43,929 nt of DNA from positions 1 to 43,929 of IMG/VR virus record IMGVR_UViG_3300032320_002037. The stretch is one strand, 5' to 3'. Shown in pieces: positions 8,240-19,000 of the stretch. A program made the translations under genes and the position numbers. This stretch comes from a virus (lineage: Duplodnaviria; Caudoviricetes). The notes below the pieces were generated by a model, which did no database searches, had not been told where the DNA came from, and saw only the letters and a program-made list of their open reading frames with translations. Positions within the stretch are counted from its first letter, which is position 1; the number at the start of each line of letters is the position of its first letter.

Positions 8240-10107
8240 CCCCAGAAATTATCAAACGCCTTGAGGCTGAAATTCAGGACGAGAAGCTGGATGAGCTGCG
8301 GACTATGCTGGTTAGGAATCTGAACCGGTCTCGCGGCGACATGGCTAAGAGCTATCCCGCTTGGGACAAAGCTCTTGATACCTATCGTTCTATTCGCACC
8401 GCTGATGCACAAGACGCACGTGCGCGAAACAAAAACGAACCTGAAAAGATGACCGTGCCGCTATCCTTTGCGCAGGTCAACACGCTTGTCACCTTTCTTT
8501 TTCTTGCTTACACGCAAAAAGAATCTATCTTTGAACTTGAAGCCACAGGTCCGGAAGACTACGGTCCAATTCGTGATGCTTGTCAGGCCATCCTTCAACG
8601 TGAAGAACGGCAAACTCGCTATTATTCCAAGCTTGTCCAGGCACTGCTTGACATGGCTCGATTTAAAATTGGTGTTTTAAAAACCACTTGGCGCTATGAC
8701 ACCAAAATGGTCAAGCGTGAACAACCTTCTATGGAACTTCCTTTTGCTGGCATGGGTGGAATTACCATGGCAATGGAAATGCCTGAGCTTCAAGACGATG
8801 AAGTCACCACCTACGAAGGTAACGAGGTAGATATTATCTCGCCTTACAATTTCTTTTTTGACACTCGGCAGCCAATTTCTCGCTGGCAGCAAGGTCGCTT
8901 TGCAGCAGATGAAAGCGAATACCACTTTCAAGACCTTCGCGCCATGGAAAAGGCTGGGTCATTGACCGGAACCAAGCACATTACAGCATTCACCGCCGAA
9001 GCTTGGAAAAAGCGTGATCAAGGAACAAGGTTAGGTAGTGTTTCTCCGCAAGATACTAAGGTTGGAGAACCTAAAAAAGACTTTATGGTCTGCCTAACGA
9101 CGGTTCAAGCTAAGATTGTTCCAGCAGATTATGACCTTAGTGACTCTCAGGAGGAAGAAATTTGGGTTTTTGCTATGGCAAATGATCAACGCATTCTTGC
9201 AGCTAAGCCTTTGAATGCTCCTCATGGTGAATTTACCTATGACATTTTATCCCTTTCTCCTGATCAGCATGCCGAGATGTCTGATTCTCTTTCTTCACTG
9301 ATTGATCCTCTGCAAGAAGTTATCACATGGTTGATTAACGCTCGTGTTGCCGCAGTTCGGCAGAACATTGAAGGTCGTTTTGTTGTTGATCCTAGTTTTG
9401 TCGATCTTTCCACCCTTACCGCTGGTAGTAAATACATACTTCTTAAGAAGAACGCACCTTATAACCAGGGTGTTGCTGCATTTATTAGCCAGCTTAAGAC
9501 CGTCGATCCAACGGTTACCCACATGCAAGATGTTCAGAGCTTGTCTCAGATCATGCAGGTGGTTTCAGGCGTGAACGAAAACTCTATGGGCCAGGTTGCT
9601 TCGGGCCGACGTTCCGCTACCGAAAACCGTGCAGCCAATGCTGGCGCAGCTTCTCGCATGAAGCTGATTGCTGCCACTGTGTGGATCGACGGTCTTGCTC
9701 CCCAAGGACGCAAGATGCTGCTTAATTGCCGGCAAGATTTGACCTATGAGACTTATGAAAAAATCCTGGGTGAGTCTGCTATTAACACCTATGATAGTTT
9801 CCATCCACAGGACCCAGTAGAACTTCTTGGCAACGAAGACTATTTCTGCTACGACGGCACGCTGTCTTCTGAGAAGAATTACATGGCACAGTCTTTGCAG
9901 GAGCTTATCATTGCTCTGGCCTCTAATCCTGAACTGGCTCAAGCTGCTGGCTTTGACCTAGTCGCGATGACTAAAGAAGCCTTTGCTCTGCGTGGGCTTA
10001 AAAATCTAGATCGTTTCCAACTCCCACCTCAACCTCAAAATGGACCAATCCCACCAACTCTCCCGCCAGGAAGCGGACCAGCTCCTGCTCTCCCTCCAGC
10101 TGCTTGA
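8236..10107 (+). CDS. Portal protein (podovirus-type)
   Basis: 623 aa after TerL; 'ISPYNFFFD', 'VSGVNENSMG...RRSATE' motifs; Pro-rich C-terminus. Confidence 0.85.
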   Translation: MTPEIIKRLEAEIQDEKLDELRTMLVRNLNRSRGDMAKSYPAWDKALDTYRSIRTADAQDARARNKNEPEKMTVPLSFAQVNTLVTFLFLAYTQKESIFELEATGPEDYGPIRDACQAILQREERQTRYYSKLVQALLDMARFKIGVLKTTWRYDTKMVKREQPSMELPFAGMGGITMAMEMPELQDDEVTTYEGNEVDIISPYNFFFDTRQPISRWQQGRFAADESEYHFQDLRAMEKAGSLTGTKHITAFTAEAWKKRDQGTRLGSVSPQDTKVGEPKKDFMVCLTTVQAKIVPADYDLSDSQEEEIWVFAMANDQRILAAKPLNAPHGEFTYDILSLSPDQHAEMSDSLSSLIDPLQEVITWLINARVAAVRQNIEGRFVVDPSFVDLSTLTAGSKYILLKKNAPYNQGVAAFISQLKTVDPTVTHMQDVQSLSQIMQVVSGVNENSMGQVASGRRSATENRAANAGAASRMKLIAATVWIDGLAPQGRKMLLNCRQDLTYETYEKILGESAINTYDSFHPQDPVELLGNEDYFCYDGTLSSEKNYMAQSLQELIIALASNPELAQAAGFDLVAMTKEAFALRGLKNLDRFQLPPQPQNGPIPPTLPPGSGPAPALPPAA

Positions 10108-10324
10108 AAAAAATGAAGCTTTTTTAGTTTTTCGTCAAGAAGCTCAGGAACTTTATGACCGCTCGATTAATTCCATTCTTCAAGACACTCCTGTTGACAT
10201 TCGCACCTTTTTCATTCGTGAACGCTTAATCGGTGCAACGCAGGAACTTAAACGCTTTCTCGATCAACCTACAACAATGGCTGACGATTTAAACCAACAA
10301 ATAACACAACACAACAATGCCTAA
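10040..10324 (+). CDS. Small helical protein between portal and scaffold
   Basis: Position typical of podovirus head modules; 94 aa. Confidence 0.6.
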   Translation: MDQSHQLSRQEADQLLLSLQLLEKNEAFLVFRQEAQELYDRSINSILQDTPVDIRTFFIRERLIGATQELKRFLDQPTTMADDLNQQITQHNNA

Positions 10325-11072
10325 TAACAATGATTTGGAGGACGATCTTAATGATGACCTCCCCGAGGACGATATCCTCGATGACAACGATAACGTCGAT
10401 CCTAACGATGACGATAACAGTGATGACCTTTCTGATTCTAAGAATCAAAATCTCACACCTGAACAAATTGCTGATCTAGCTGCTCAGACGGCTATGCGAG
10501 TTCAACCTCGTCAACAACAGCAAATTCCACAACTTAGCCCAGAAGAACTGGATGCTAGACTTAACCGTTACAAAGTCAACGCTGACTTTGTCAAGCTTCT
10601 CCGTGATCCGGAAGCTCAACCAGAAAAACTAGTCGAAGCTTTCCAAGCAATGCTCGACGGAACAGCCAAGCATGCTGTTACTTCTTCCCAGTTTCTCTAT
10701 CAAAACGACCTTGGTCCTATTCAGCAAAAGCTTCAGGCACAAGAAGCTTTTGTTCGTGAACAGCAGACCAGGACATTTGTCAAAAACGTGGGCTCACAAT
10801 ACCCATCCTTGGCAAAATACGACCAGGTGATTCGCCAAGCAACAACCCTTGTTTCGCAAAGTGGCTATATTCCCAAGAGTCATTCCGACGCGCGTCGTCA
10901 GGTTGCTCTTCAAGCCCAGCAAATCATCCGTCAGATTGATCCCCAATTTTCCTTGAAAGCTAATCCAGCTCGACAGGCTAGTGGCTTTAGCCCTCGACGT
11001 TCGTCCTATGGAGGTGGACAAAACGTCCCAGCTAAAACCGGTGCAGGCAGTTTCGCAGATTACCTCCGTTAA
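10317..11072 (+). CDS. Scaffolding protein
   Basis: Highly acidic N-terminus, helical Q-rich body, directly upstream of the capsid gene. Confidence 0.75.
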   Translation: MPNNNDLEDDLNDDLPEDDILDDNDNVDPNDDDNSDDLSDSKNQNLTPEQIADLAAQTAMRVQPRQQQQIPQLSPEELDARLNRYKVNADFVKLLRDPEAQPEKLVEAFQAMLDGTAKHAVTSSQFLYQNDLGPIQQKLQAQEAFVREQQTRTFVKNVGSQYPSLAKYDQVIRQATTLVSQSGYIPKSHSDARRQVALQAQQIIRQIDPQFSLKANPARQASGFSPRRSSYGGGQNVPAKTGAGSFADYLR

Positions 11073-11094
11073 TCACAAATACCAATAAATCAAA

Positions 11095-12477
11095 ATGTTA
11101 GGTCTCATCTCTTCTACTGACTTGGAGGCACGTTACTCCGAGCGCGCAATGCGCCAAATCTTCTGGAAATATCCACAAGGTAAGGCAATTCTTTCTTATC
11201 TTCTTAGTCTTATGGACAAAGAGGAAACTGACAAACCCAAGTTCTCTTGGTTTGAGCAGTCTCATAAACATCAGGAAAGCACGACGGCAACGTCGGGTTC
11301 TCTTGGCGGCGGTGGCGCTGGTCCGTTTGTTAATTCGACAAACACCACTAGCCAAGCTGCTGCTGGCTTCACCTGGACTTCAGGCACTACTTATGGCATC
11401 TATGTTGCTGATGCAAGCAAGTTTCTTGTCGATGACTGCGTGTGGATTAAGCGCGTGCCAAACGCAGCTGCTTCCGCTTTCCTTGATCTTAAAGGTGTTG
11501 TTACTGCTATCGATACAGCTTTGAATTACATCCTTGTCACTTCTACCGAAACTATTGCTTCGGTCAGCAATGACACTGATGCTAATTCTATTGCTGTGAT
11601 CAATATTGGTAAGTCCGCTGCTGAGGGTGATCGCTCTCGTCAAGGCCGTGTTGAATTTCCGATTGAACCGGAAAACTACACGCAGATCTTCCGTCAAGCT
11701 GTTGGTCCGTTTCCGTCCACTGCTCTCAAAGCTGGTCTTCGCTTTGACAAAACTGGCATTTACGCCAGCGCTGTTAAGCAAGCTTCGCTGGACATCACTG
11801 AAGCTATTGAAATGGCTTGCTTCTTTAGTGAGCGTGGCGTTCAAACTGTAGTCAATCAAAATGGCAGTTCTGTTCCTCGTCGCCAAACTGGTGGTGTTCT
11901 CTGGTTCCTGAAGCAGTATGAACTTGCTAATGGTGGCACGTTCCTTTACCGCGATGGTGCTTCTGCTATTACTAGCAGCGCCTGGCAGACTGAGGAAGCT
12001 AAGCGTGTTATTCAGGTCAACGGTAACATCACTTGCGCTCAGCTTGAAGGTCTTCTTCGCCGCGCGTTTGAAAACACTGCTGATGGTTCTTTTGAAAAGC
12101 TGCTTGTTTGCGGTTCTACTCTCTATGACGTCTTCCAACGTTACTTCGCTCTGAAGTCTATCAAGACTACAATGCTGAAGACCAAGGAAGAATCCTACGG
12201 TATGACCATCAACATGTGGGAATCTCCTTGGGGCACTCTGTATCTCAAGTCTCATCCTCTCTTCCAGCGCCAAGCTTTCCGCTCTACGGGCTTTGTCCTT
12301 GACGTTGGTTGCCTTAGCTGGATGGATATGAATGATCGTGAAATCACTTTGCTCAAGAATCGTCAAAACAACGACGAAGACGGCCGCAAAGATGAATTCC
12401 TTGGTGAAGGTGGTCTTGTTGTAAAGGCTCCTGAAAATCATCTCTACCTGGAGGGTATCACTGGTCTTACGGTGTAA
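11095..12477 (+). CDS. Major capsid protein (SU10/DUF5309-like, HK97 fold)
   Basis: FSWFEQ, AEGD, ENYTQIFR, TGGVLWF, ESPWGTL..HPL, EGGL motifs; strong codon bias. Confidence 0.88.
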   Translation: MLGLISSTDLEARYSERAMRQIFWKYPQGKAILSYLLSLMDKEETDKPKFSWFEQSHKHQESTTATSGSLGGGGAGPFVNSTNTTSQAAAGFTWTSGTTYGIYVADASKFLVDDCVWIKRVPNAAASAFLDLKGVVTAIDTALNYILVTSTETIASVSNDTDANSIAVINIGKSAAEGDRSRQGRVEFPIEPENYTQIFRQAVGPFPSTALKAGLRFDKTGIYASAVKQASLDITEAIEMACFFSERGVQTVVNQNGSSVPRRQTGGVLWFLKQYELANGGTFLYRDGASAITSSAWQTEEAKRVIQVNGNITCAQLEGLLRRAFENTADGSFEKLLVCGSTLYDVFQRYFALKSIKTTMLKTKEESYGMTINMWESPWGTLYLKSHPLFQRQAFRSTGFVLDVGCLSWMDMNDREITLLKNRQNNDEDGRKDEFLGEGGLVVKAPENHLYLEGITGLTV

Positions 12478-12480
12478 TTT

Positions 12481-12810
12481 ATGCCTGCACTTACTGAAGC
12501 AAATGTGACGACTGAGCTTGGATTTTTTCAAGTTTCCTCGCCATATCAAATCCGCACGACCCAGGTTACTTTGGTTCTATCCAGCCAAGGCGGCACAACC
12601 AACACGGTTGACGCTGTTACGCTGGGTTATTCCAAACTTCTTGGTTCCACGCTGGCTCAGAAATCCGATGATGCTCTTGCACTACCCACGTGCCCAAGCT
12701 ACGACGGAACTAAGCTGTTTTTCTACAATCCTGCACAAGCCACTGACGCGAATCGTGATGATCCTGTTGATGTGACCGGAACTTTCCGGGTGCTTGTTTG
12801 GGGTGTTTAA
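12481..12810 (+). CDS. Putative capsid decoration/cement protein
   Basis: 109-aa beta-rich ORF right after the capsid gene. Confidence 0.55.
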   Translation: MPALTEANVTTELGFFQVSSPYQIRTTQVTLVLSSQGGTTNTVDAVTLGYSKLLGSTLAQKSDDALALPTCPSYDGTKLFFYNPAQATDANRDDPVDVTGTFRVLVWGV

Positions 12811-12817
12811 CTCTTTA

Positions 12818-12855
12818 GGCTTCGGCCCGTGGGCCTTCAACCACGGGCACTTTTC
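12818..12855 (+). terminator. Post-capsid hairpins / probable terminator
   Basis: ggc-ttcg-gcc (UUCG loop) and cccgtgg/ccacggg stem followed by a short T tract. Confidence 0.45.
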
Positions 12856-12867
12856 CTCACAAATTAA

Positions 12868-13053
12868 ATGAAACTTCCTATTCACTCCTACGATGGTATG
12901 CCTGGCGCTGCCAAAGACGTTAAAGACACTGCTATGCTTGACACTACCGCGCGTGAAAGTGTCAAACGCACTTCTGGCCCTACCCCGAACTATGACCGCT
13001 CGAAGGTCAAACATGGTTCTTTTGGTAGCCTTGGTGTTCGCGGTCACGCTTAA
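12868..13053 (+). CDS. Small hypothetical protein
   Basis: 61 aa with capsid-like codon bias. Confidence 0.6.
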   Translation: MKLPIHSYDGMPGAAKDVKDTAMLDTTARESVKRTSGPTPNYDRSKVKHGSFGSLGVRGHA

Positions 13054-13077
13054 CATCTAACCCTTAGTGCCCTCGCT

Positions 13078-13842
13078 ATGACTATTGGACAAATCAAAGA
13101 AGTAATCGCTGCGAATCTTAAAAAGGAAACCTCTTCCTTTGTCAAAGGTTCCGGTGCAACTGAAATCAATCTGCTCCACCTTGCGTTAAACAACGCTCGA
13201 AAAGTTGCAGAGAAGTTTCATGATTTTTCCATCTGTCGTAAGCGAGGGCACTTTTCTTACACTGGAACCGCTATTGATTGGCGCACACCAACGTGGTTTT
13301 CTGGCACCGGAACCGCTCGAAAAATTAAGTTCTGGTATGAGCGCGTTTCTGGCACATCGGGAAGCGGCGCTTACGGAGGTGTTGACCGCACGCTTAAAGC
13401 TCTTACGCAGGAACAACTTGCTAGGTTGTATGCGAGGGAAGACTATCGTGTGGCTCCTCTGGAAACAGCTCAGCGGTATCTTGCTGACTCTGACCCTGCT
13501 TTTGGTAACGACCCTCTTTTGGGACAGAATTACGTTATTATTGAAGGACATAATTTTTACTTGCATCCAGCTACAACTACAACTCGGTTGATTGTGGCTG
13601 ATGCTTTTTATTGGTGGACCGATTGGTCGGCTGATAATAATACAGACTGGTGGACAGACTATGGCACCGAGTTTCTTGTTCTACAGTCTATTGTTGAATT
13701 GAATCGGTTGTCGCATACTTTTGTCGGCAATGTGGAAGGAAATCTTCCGCCGCCAGTTAAAGAAGCTGCGCGGGCACTTAACGAACTAGTTCAACTGGAT
13801 AAAGATTCCTCTGAAGGTGCAATCACTATTGAAGATCTATGA
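13078..13842 (+). CDS. Putative head-tail adaptor (tail tubular A-like)
   Basis: MTIGQIK N-terminal helix, 'FYLHP', 'NTDWWTDYGTEFL' motifs; position after the capsid gene. Confidence 0.6.
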   Translation: MTIGQIKEVIAANLKKETSSFVKGSGATEINLLHLALNNARKVAEKFHDFSICRKRGHFSYTGTAIDWRTPTWFSGTGTARKIKFWYERVSGTSGSGAYGGVDRTLKALTQEQLARLYAREDYRVAPLETAQRYLADSDPAFGNDPLLGQNYVIIEGHNFYLHPATTTTRLIVADAFYWWTDWSADNNTDWWTDYGTEFLVLQSIVELNRLSHTFVGNVEGNLPPPVKEAARALNELVQLDKDSSEGAITIEDL

Positions 13843-14489
13843 GACAACAACAAAATGATCCTATCGCTCAGGCGATGCAAATTTTACAGTTTATTACCCA
13901 ACGTCGTGGGCAGCAGGCGGGCATTGAACAAGAGGCTCGTAGACTTGACTTGCAGGAGCAACAATTTCAGCAAAATCGGGATCAATTTAGCCGAGGGCTT
14001 GAGTGGCAAAAGCAAGATGCGCAAACAAAAAATGATCAGTTTACGCGTGATCTGGCTTTAAGAGAATTAGCCCAAAAGCAAGCGATGGAAGAAGCTAAAC
14101 AGAATTTTCTTTGGAACCAAACGCAGGCTAAACAGAAAAATGAGCAATGGAACGCTGAACAAGCTCAGCGGATTATGGAAAATACGCGCAATAATATGGC
14201 GCAACCGGTTGATCAAGCTTATAAGCAAATGCTTATTGATAAAGCTAGGGCTGAAATGCTTGGTCAGGATAAAGATCCACAAATGATGCAAGCAGAGCTG
14301 GATCGCGATAAGATGATTGCTGCAGTGTTGCAAGATCAAATTAACAACGCATCTCCAATGGAACGTGGAAGACTTCAAGATCAGCTGCAAACTTACATGT
14401 ATCAAAGATACAAAGATGTAATTCCTCCTTTGCGAGATTATAATCAAGACGAACTAAGAGCAATGCAAACGTATCAAACTCCACAATAA
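13839..14489 (+). CDS. Q-rich coiled-coil internal virion/ejection protein
   Basis: Q/E/M-rich helical composition; position. Confidence 0.5.
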   Translation: MRQQQNDPIAQAMQILQFITQRRGQQAGIEQEARRLDLQEQQFQQNRDQFSRGLEWQKQDAQTKNDQFTRDLALRELAQKQAMEEAKQNFLWNQTQAKQKNEQWNAEQAQRIMENTRNNMAQPVDQAYKQMLIDKARAEMLGQDKDPQMMQAELDRDKMIAAVLQDQINNASPMERGRLQDQLQTYMYQRYKDVIPPLRDYNQDELRAMQTYQTPQ

Positions 14490-14494
14490 TAGTT

Positions 14495-14899
14495 ATGCTT
14501 GACTTTACTTCAGATCCACTTTCAACTAGAAAAGCTGTTCGTGTTGGTGGTGTGCGGCGCAGAGATGAAACCCAGGAACAAATGCAACAAAGGTTGTATG
14601 GTGGTCAGGGTTATGGTGTTGCAACAGAAGATCTTAAAACGATTTTTCCAGGAACAACGCAGAATCAACAAATGGAAGATCCTAATACTAATATGCTTTT
14701 TCTTAACAGCCAAGGCATTGGTAATATGGGAATGTCTGATTACCAGCAAGGATTTTCAAACTATCCACAGGCTTCTGATTCTGGTGCACTCTATACTAAT
14801 AGAGTTACTGTTAATAACAATCTTCGCAAGCGCGGAGGAACACAGGACCAAATGCAACCTGGTCTATATACAAACATGACAAACTTTCAATATCTTTAA
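14495..14899 (+). CDS. Putative internal virion protein
   Basis: Q/N/G-rich low-complexity 134 aa. Confidence 0.5.
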   Translation: MLDFTSDPLSTRKAVRVGGVRRRDETQEQMQQRLYGGQGYGVATEDLKTIFPGTTQNQQMEDPNTNMLFLNSQGIGNMGMSDYQQGFSNYPQASDSGALYTNRVTVNNNLRKRGGTQDQMQPGLYTNMTNFQYL

Positions 14900-14908
14900 T
14901 TAAGAATT

Positions 14909-16066
14909 ATGGCTACTACACTATTCGTCAATGGGCAACCAAATCAAGTTAAGCCTGCAAAAGCTAATAATACTCGTCAACCAGATAATTCTGACATTGA
15001 CGCTATTTTCCGTGGCATGCAAAACATGCGTGGAATGGTTCGTCGGGGACTTTCTGGGCAACCACTTAATCCTGATGGCTCTGATCCAGGAAATTCTTTT
15101 GACCGTTTCATGAGTCAAAATCCTCAGCTTCGAGGAGCTGCTGAGCGTCAAGCACAGTATGACCAACAGCGTAAAAATAACTTTTTGCCAAATGTTCGTA
15201 GTTCAATAGATGCTATGAAACAACAACGTGGTTATACGGATGCACAAGGTAACTTTGTTCCGCCAACTATGCCAGTTGAACCTACGAGCAAGTATGGCAC
15301 TGGTAGTGTTCGCTGGTTGCAACCTGGCGAAACAACTCGTGGAACTATGCCTGATCCATTGACTGGAAAAACAGTTTATATGGATGAGTATTTGCCACAG
15401 CTGGAAAGAACGCAAGAAACCAAGTATGGCAAAGGTTCACGCCAGTATGGTCAAGGTGTTGTTAGAACACCGCAAATTTCTCCGCCCGGTGGGGCAAACA
15501 ACGGACGAGTTGGGCCATTGCAAGCTCCGGGAGAGCCGGGCGGAGAAACTATGTTTGGACAATTACCAGAGTATACTAGCTCTGGAATGCCTGTGAATTA
15601 TAACCGTGAGCTTGGTTATGGACCAAATAGTGGTCCTCAGTTTAATTGGAATGCTGCTTTAGGTTATAATCAACCTAATCAAGGGCCACAGCCTAATTGG
15701 AATGCGTCTTTGAACTATTTGCCAAATAGTGGTCCGCAGCAATATCTTTTTGGTCCAAATGAAGGTCCACAGCGTCCAGCAGATTTTGGCCCTCAATTGC
15801 CTAATAGTTCAGGAGAACAACTTATGGCATTAAAACGTTTGTATGGTTTTGGAGGCAATAATAATCCTACTTTGACTGCTTTGGAAGGTTTGTGGAGTAA
15901 TCTATTCCCAGGTAGCGACTATGATTATCTTCAACAACTGTTTCCAGGTCTTGTCCATCCTTCAGCTGGTTCAGGTCGAGTTATGACTGAACTAGCTAAA
16001 ATGTATCAAAATCCAGCTTATCAAGCTCTTTTTCCTCAAGTTAATCAAAGCGAGTTTTACAAGTAA
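14909..16066 (+). CDS. Putative internal virion protein with PNxGPQ repeats
   Basis: P/G/Q/N-rich 385 aa with imperfect internal repeats. Confidence 0.55.
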   Translation: MATTLFVNGQPNQVKPAKANNTRQPDNSDIDAIFRGMQNMRGMVRRGLSGQPLNPDGSDPGNSFDRFMSQNPQLRGAAERQAQYDQQRKNNFLPNVRSSIDAMKQQRGYTDAQGNFVPPTMPVEPTSKYGTGSVRWLQPGETTRGTMPDPLTGKTVYMDEYLPQLERTQETKYGKGSRQYGQGVVRTPQISPPGGANNGRVGPLQAPGEPGGETMFGQLPEYTSSGMPVNYNRELGYGPNSGPQFNWNAALGYNQPNQGPQPNWNASLNYLPNSGPQQYLFGPNEGPQRPADFGPQLPNSSGEQLMALKRLYGFGGNNNPTLTALEGLWSNLFPGSDYDYLQQLFPGLVHPSAGSGRVMTELAKMYQNPAYQALFPQVNQSEFYK

Positions 16067-16072
16067 TCTTTC

Positions 16073-19000
16073 ATGCCCACTTTTCAACAAATCTATTCGC
16101 AATATAACTCGGCTCGTCAGAAAAACCTTATTGGTCCTGACGAGTCGATTGCTGACTTTGCTAAAAAAGCTTTGGACTTTACCGGTGATCCTAGTTATCA
16201 ATCGGTAGCTGAGGGTGGAACTGTTGGAAACTGGGTGCGGCAGAGGTCTGCGGATTTGACAAATCTGGTAAACGCAGGCCCGGTGGATGAGTGGACAAGT
16301 GAAGCTGTTGGCCGAGTTGGCGATCTGTTTGGAGTTACTCCAGCCGCTTCTCGAGCTATGGGTGCAAGATTGCCACGTATGGCTGTGGACTTTTTGCCAA
16401 TGATGGCCGCAGCTCCTTTTACAGGAGGAGCAAGTTTTATTCCTGCACTAGGAATGGGAGCTACTAGCGCACTTAGTGCTGCAAGTGCTTATGAAGATAC
16501 TGGCGAGTTAGGTAGTGCTGTTATTGGAGCTGCTGCGCCTTATCTTGGAACAGCGTTGGCTCAACGTGGCGGACAAGCTGCTTTAGGATTAGCAGCAAAA
16601 TCGCCAATGCTACAAAAACTTGGTTTTACTGGAGGAACCAAGTATGTTAATGCAGCGCTGTCTGAAGCAGAGCGTGCTTTATTAGCTGCTTCTGGCAATC
16701 TTTCAGCGGAAGCTATCGCAGGAACAACTGTAAATAAAACTGTAGTAGACCGGCTTGCAGATAAAGGTCTTGGTTATTTTGGTGGACAGCTTGCAGCAAA
16801 CGCTGGGTTTTTTGGACTTGATACCGCTTATCATGGCCCTGCTGCAACTTTTAATCGCGATTACCTTTTTAACTCTCTTGTTGGAAACGTTGCTTTTGGT
16901 TTAGCAGATATTCCACGTGCTTTTAGTGCTAATGTTTTACCGGGTTCTCAAACATTTAACCTCCCCGAAGCTCCTAAGGTCTACAATTCTCCAGGAGAAC
17001 AGCGCGCGGTAGAGGCTGCAGCAATGTTCCAGGACCTTAAAGATCCTGTTGCTTTTGAACAACAGCGTAAGAAATACGGCCTTGACATTGCTGATATTTC
17101 TATGAAAACCCAAGAGCTAGCTGAAGCATTGAATGCTAAAGAAATGGGCCTTCGGGTAAACGAAACTGATTTTATCTCTAAGTGGAACAACTATGTGGCA
17201 AACACTCCTGAAGCTCAAGCAGCTCAGTTTCCCACCATCAAACGCGGCGGAGCTTTTGGTTCTGAGCTTCTAGGCATGAAAGAAGTGCTGGGTATGGAAA
17301 GCTTACCGACCAAAGCACAGGAGATTGTTGCTGGGTTTAAAAAGCAGAACGCTCAGTTGAAAGCCCAGGTTGATGGGGTGGTTAGGAATTTAGGCTCGCC
17401 AATTAAATACACAGATAGTTTGAACCTTAGCGTGGAAAAGCTTGGCTTGGATGAATTCTTGCGGACTCCGTTAGAACAGCGGGATTATGCTACGGCATTG
17501 AAAGATTCGTGGATTTCGCTGGACGGCGCGGATTTGATTCGTGACATTCATCGAAAGGATGCTGGGTTAAAGCCATTGCGTCCTGATTTGTATCAGGAGT
17601 TTATTGATTTGTTTAAAGGCAAACCAGCCACGTTTACTCCGGACAAACATATGGAGTTGCTGGTTGCTGCAAGCTTGGCGCGGGGTAAGACACCTAAGTT
17701 TGACTTGTCGAAGAAGCAAGCACAAGAAGCTATTAAGGAAGGCCAAACTGATGAGGTTGTGATTAAGGAAGCGTTGAAAGGAATGGAGGAGGAGAATAAG
17801 GAAACTATAAATACTTTTCGTCCACCTGTTAATACGCCAACTCCAGAAGCTATTGTTGTCGATACAGCAAAGTTGCAAGAACTTCAACAACAAAGAGCTT
17901 TGCTTGAACAGCAATTAGCAACAGCGCAAGCTGAAGGACGTGAAATTGATGCAAGGCTAGATCAAGAAAATCTTGTAGAGCTTAATAAGCAACTAGATGA
18001 GGCTGATGCTAGGCTCAACAAATTTAATGAATTAAAAACTCAGGCTGAGGAAGCTCCTCCGCAAGTTCAACAAACAATTAGCGATCGATTGATTGCTTCT
18101 ATTCCAGCTAAGTGGCCTGAGAATGTTAAGGCTATTGTGGCGGACTTTTATCGCACTGGAGATGATACTCAGCTGAAAGAAATTGGTATCGATAAAGATT
18201 CTGCTTTAAGAAAACAAGTTGCTTATCGTAACTTGCGCGAAGCCGATCCTGCTTATGAGCAGCGGTTGGTTGACTGGAACAAAGCTAGAACAAAAGCTGA
18301 TGCAGAGCGTAGGAAAGTTCTTAACACACTTCCGGTTAAACTAGAAACGCTTACTCCTGATATGCAGGAAGTGTTGAGGAACAACCGTGCAGATGTTCAG
18401 CGAATTCCAACTGAGTTTCTCTTGGCAGAAAACTGGAACCGAGTAAAAGATCAGGATGGAAATGAATACTTGATTCCAAAGCCGGAAGGTGAATTTCAGA
18501 GTGCTGAGGGGTTTGCCAAGACTCTGATGGGTAAATTGGTCAGCCCAGAAATGCTTTCTGAGAGTTCAAATGAACTGGTTAAACTAGCTAAGCTGCTGAA
18601 CAATCCAGAAATTGGTTATGCAGAAATGGCTGCGGATAATGCACAAGTTTATGGTGCAGCTTCTTACAAGGCTAAACAGATTCTTCTTAACACAAAAGCC
18701 TTCACCGGTCTCAAAGCCTCTGACCGCGCAGCTTTTGTCTTTGCTCACGAGCAATCTCACATTTCTTTCGCCAAAGCCATCGAAGGCAAGTATGGTCCCG
18801 ATGCCAAAATCCAAGCTGAAAAAGCTCTCGCATGGGTAAACGCGGCTGACCCACAGATGAAGAAAAACGTCGAGGACGTTTTGAAAGAACTGCATCTTGG
18901 CAAAGACCTGGCGCAGATGGATGGCATTCGTGATGTGTTGAATAACCCGGATTCACAGGAATGGCTTGCCAATGTCATGGGCATGTATGCTGTGGGGACG

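Noticed and set aside
11380-12549. 389-aa antisense ORF over the capsid gene
   Set aside because: Shadow frame caused by scarcity of TTA/CTA/TCA codons in a biased gene; no motifs
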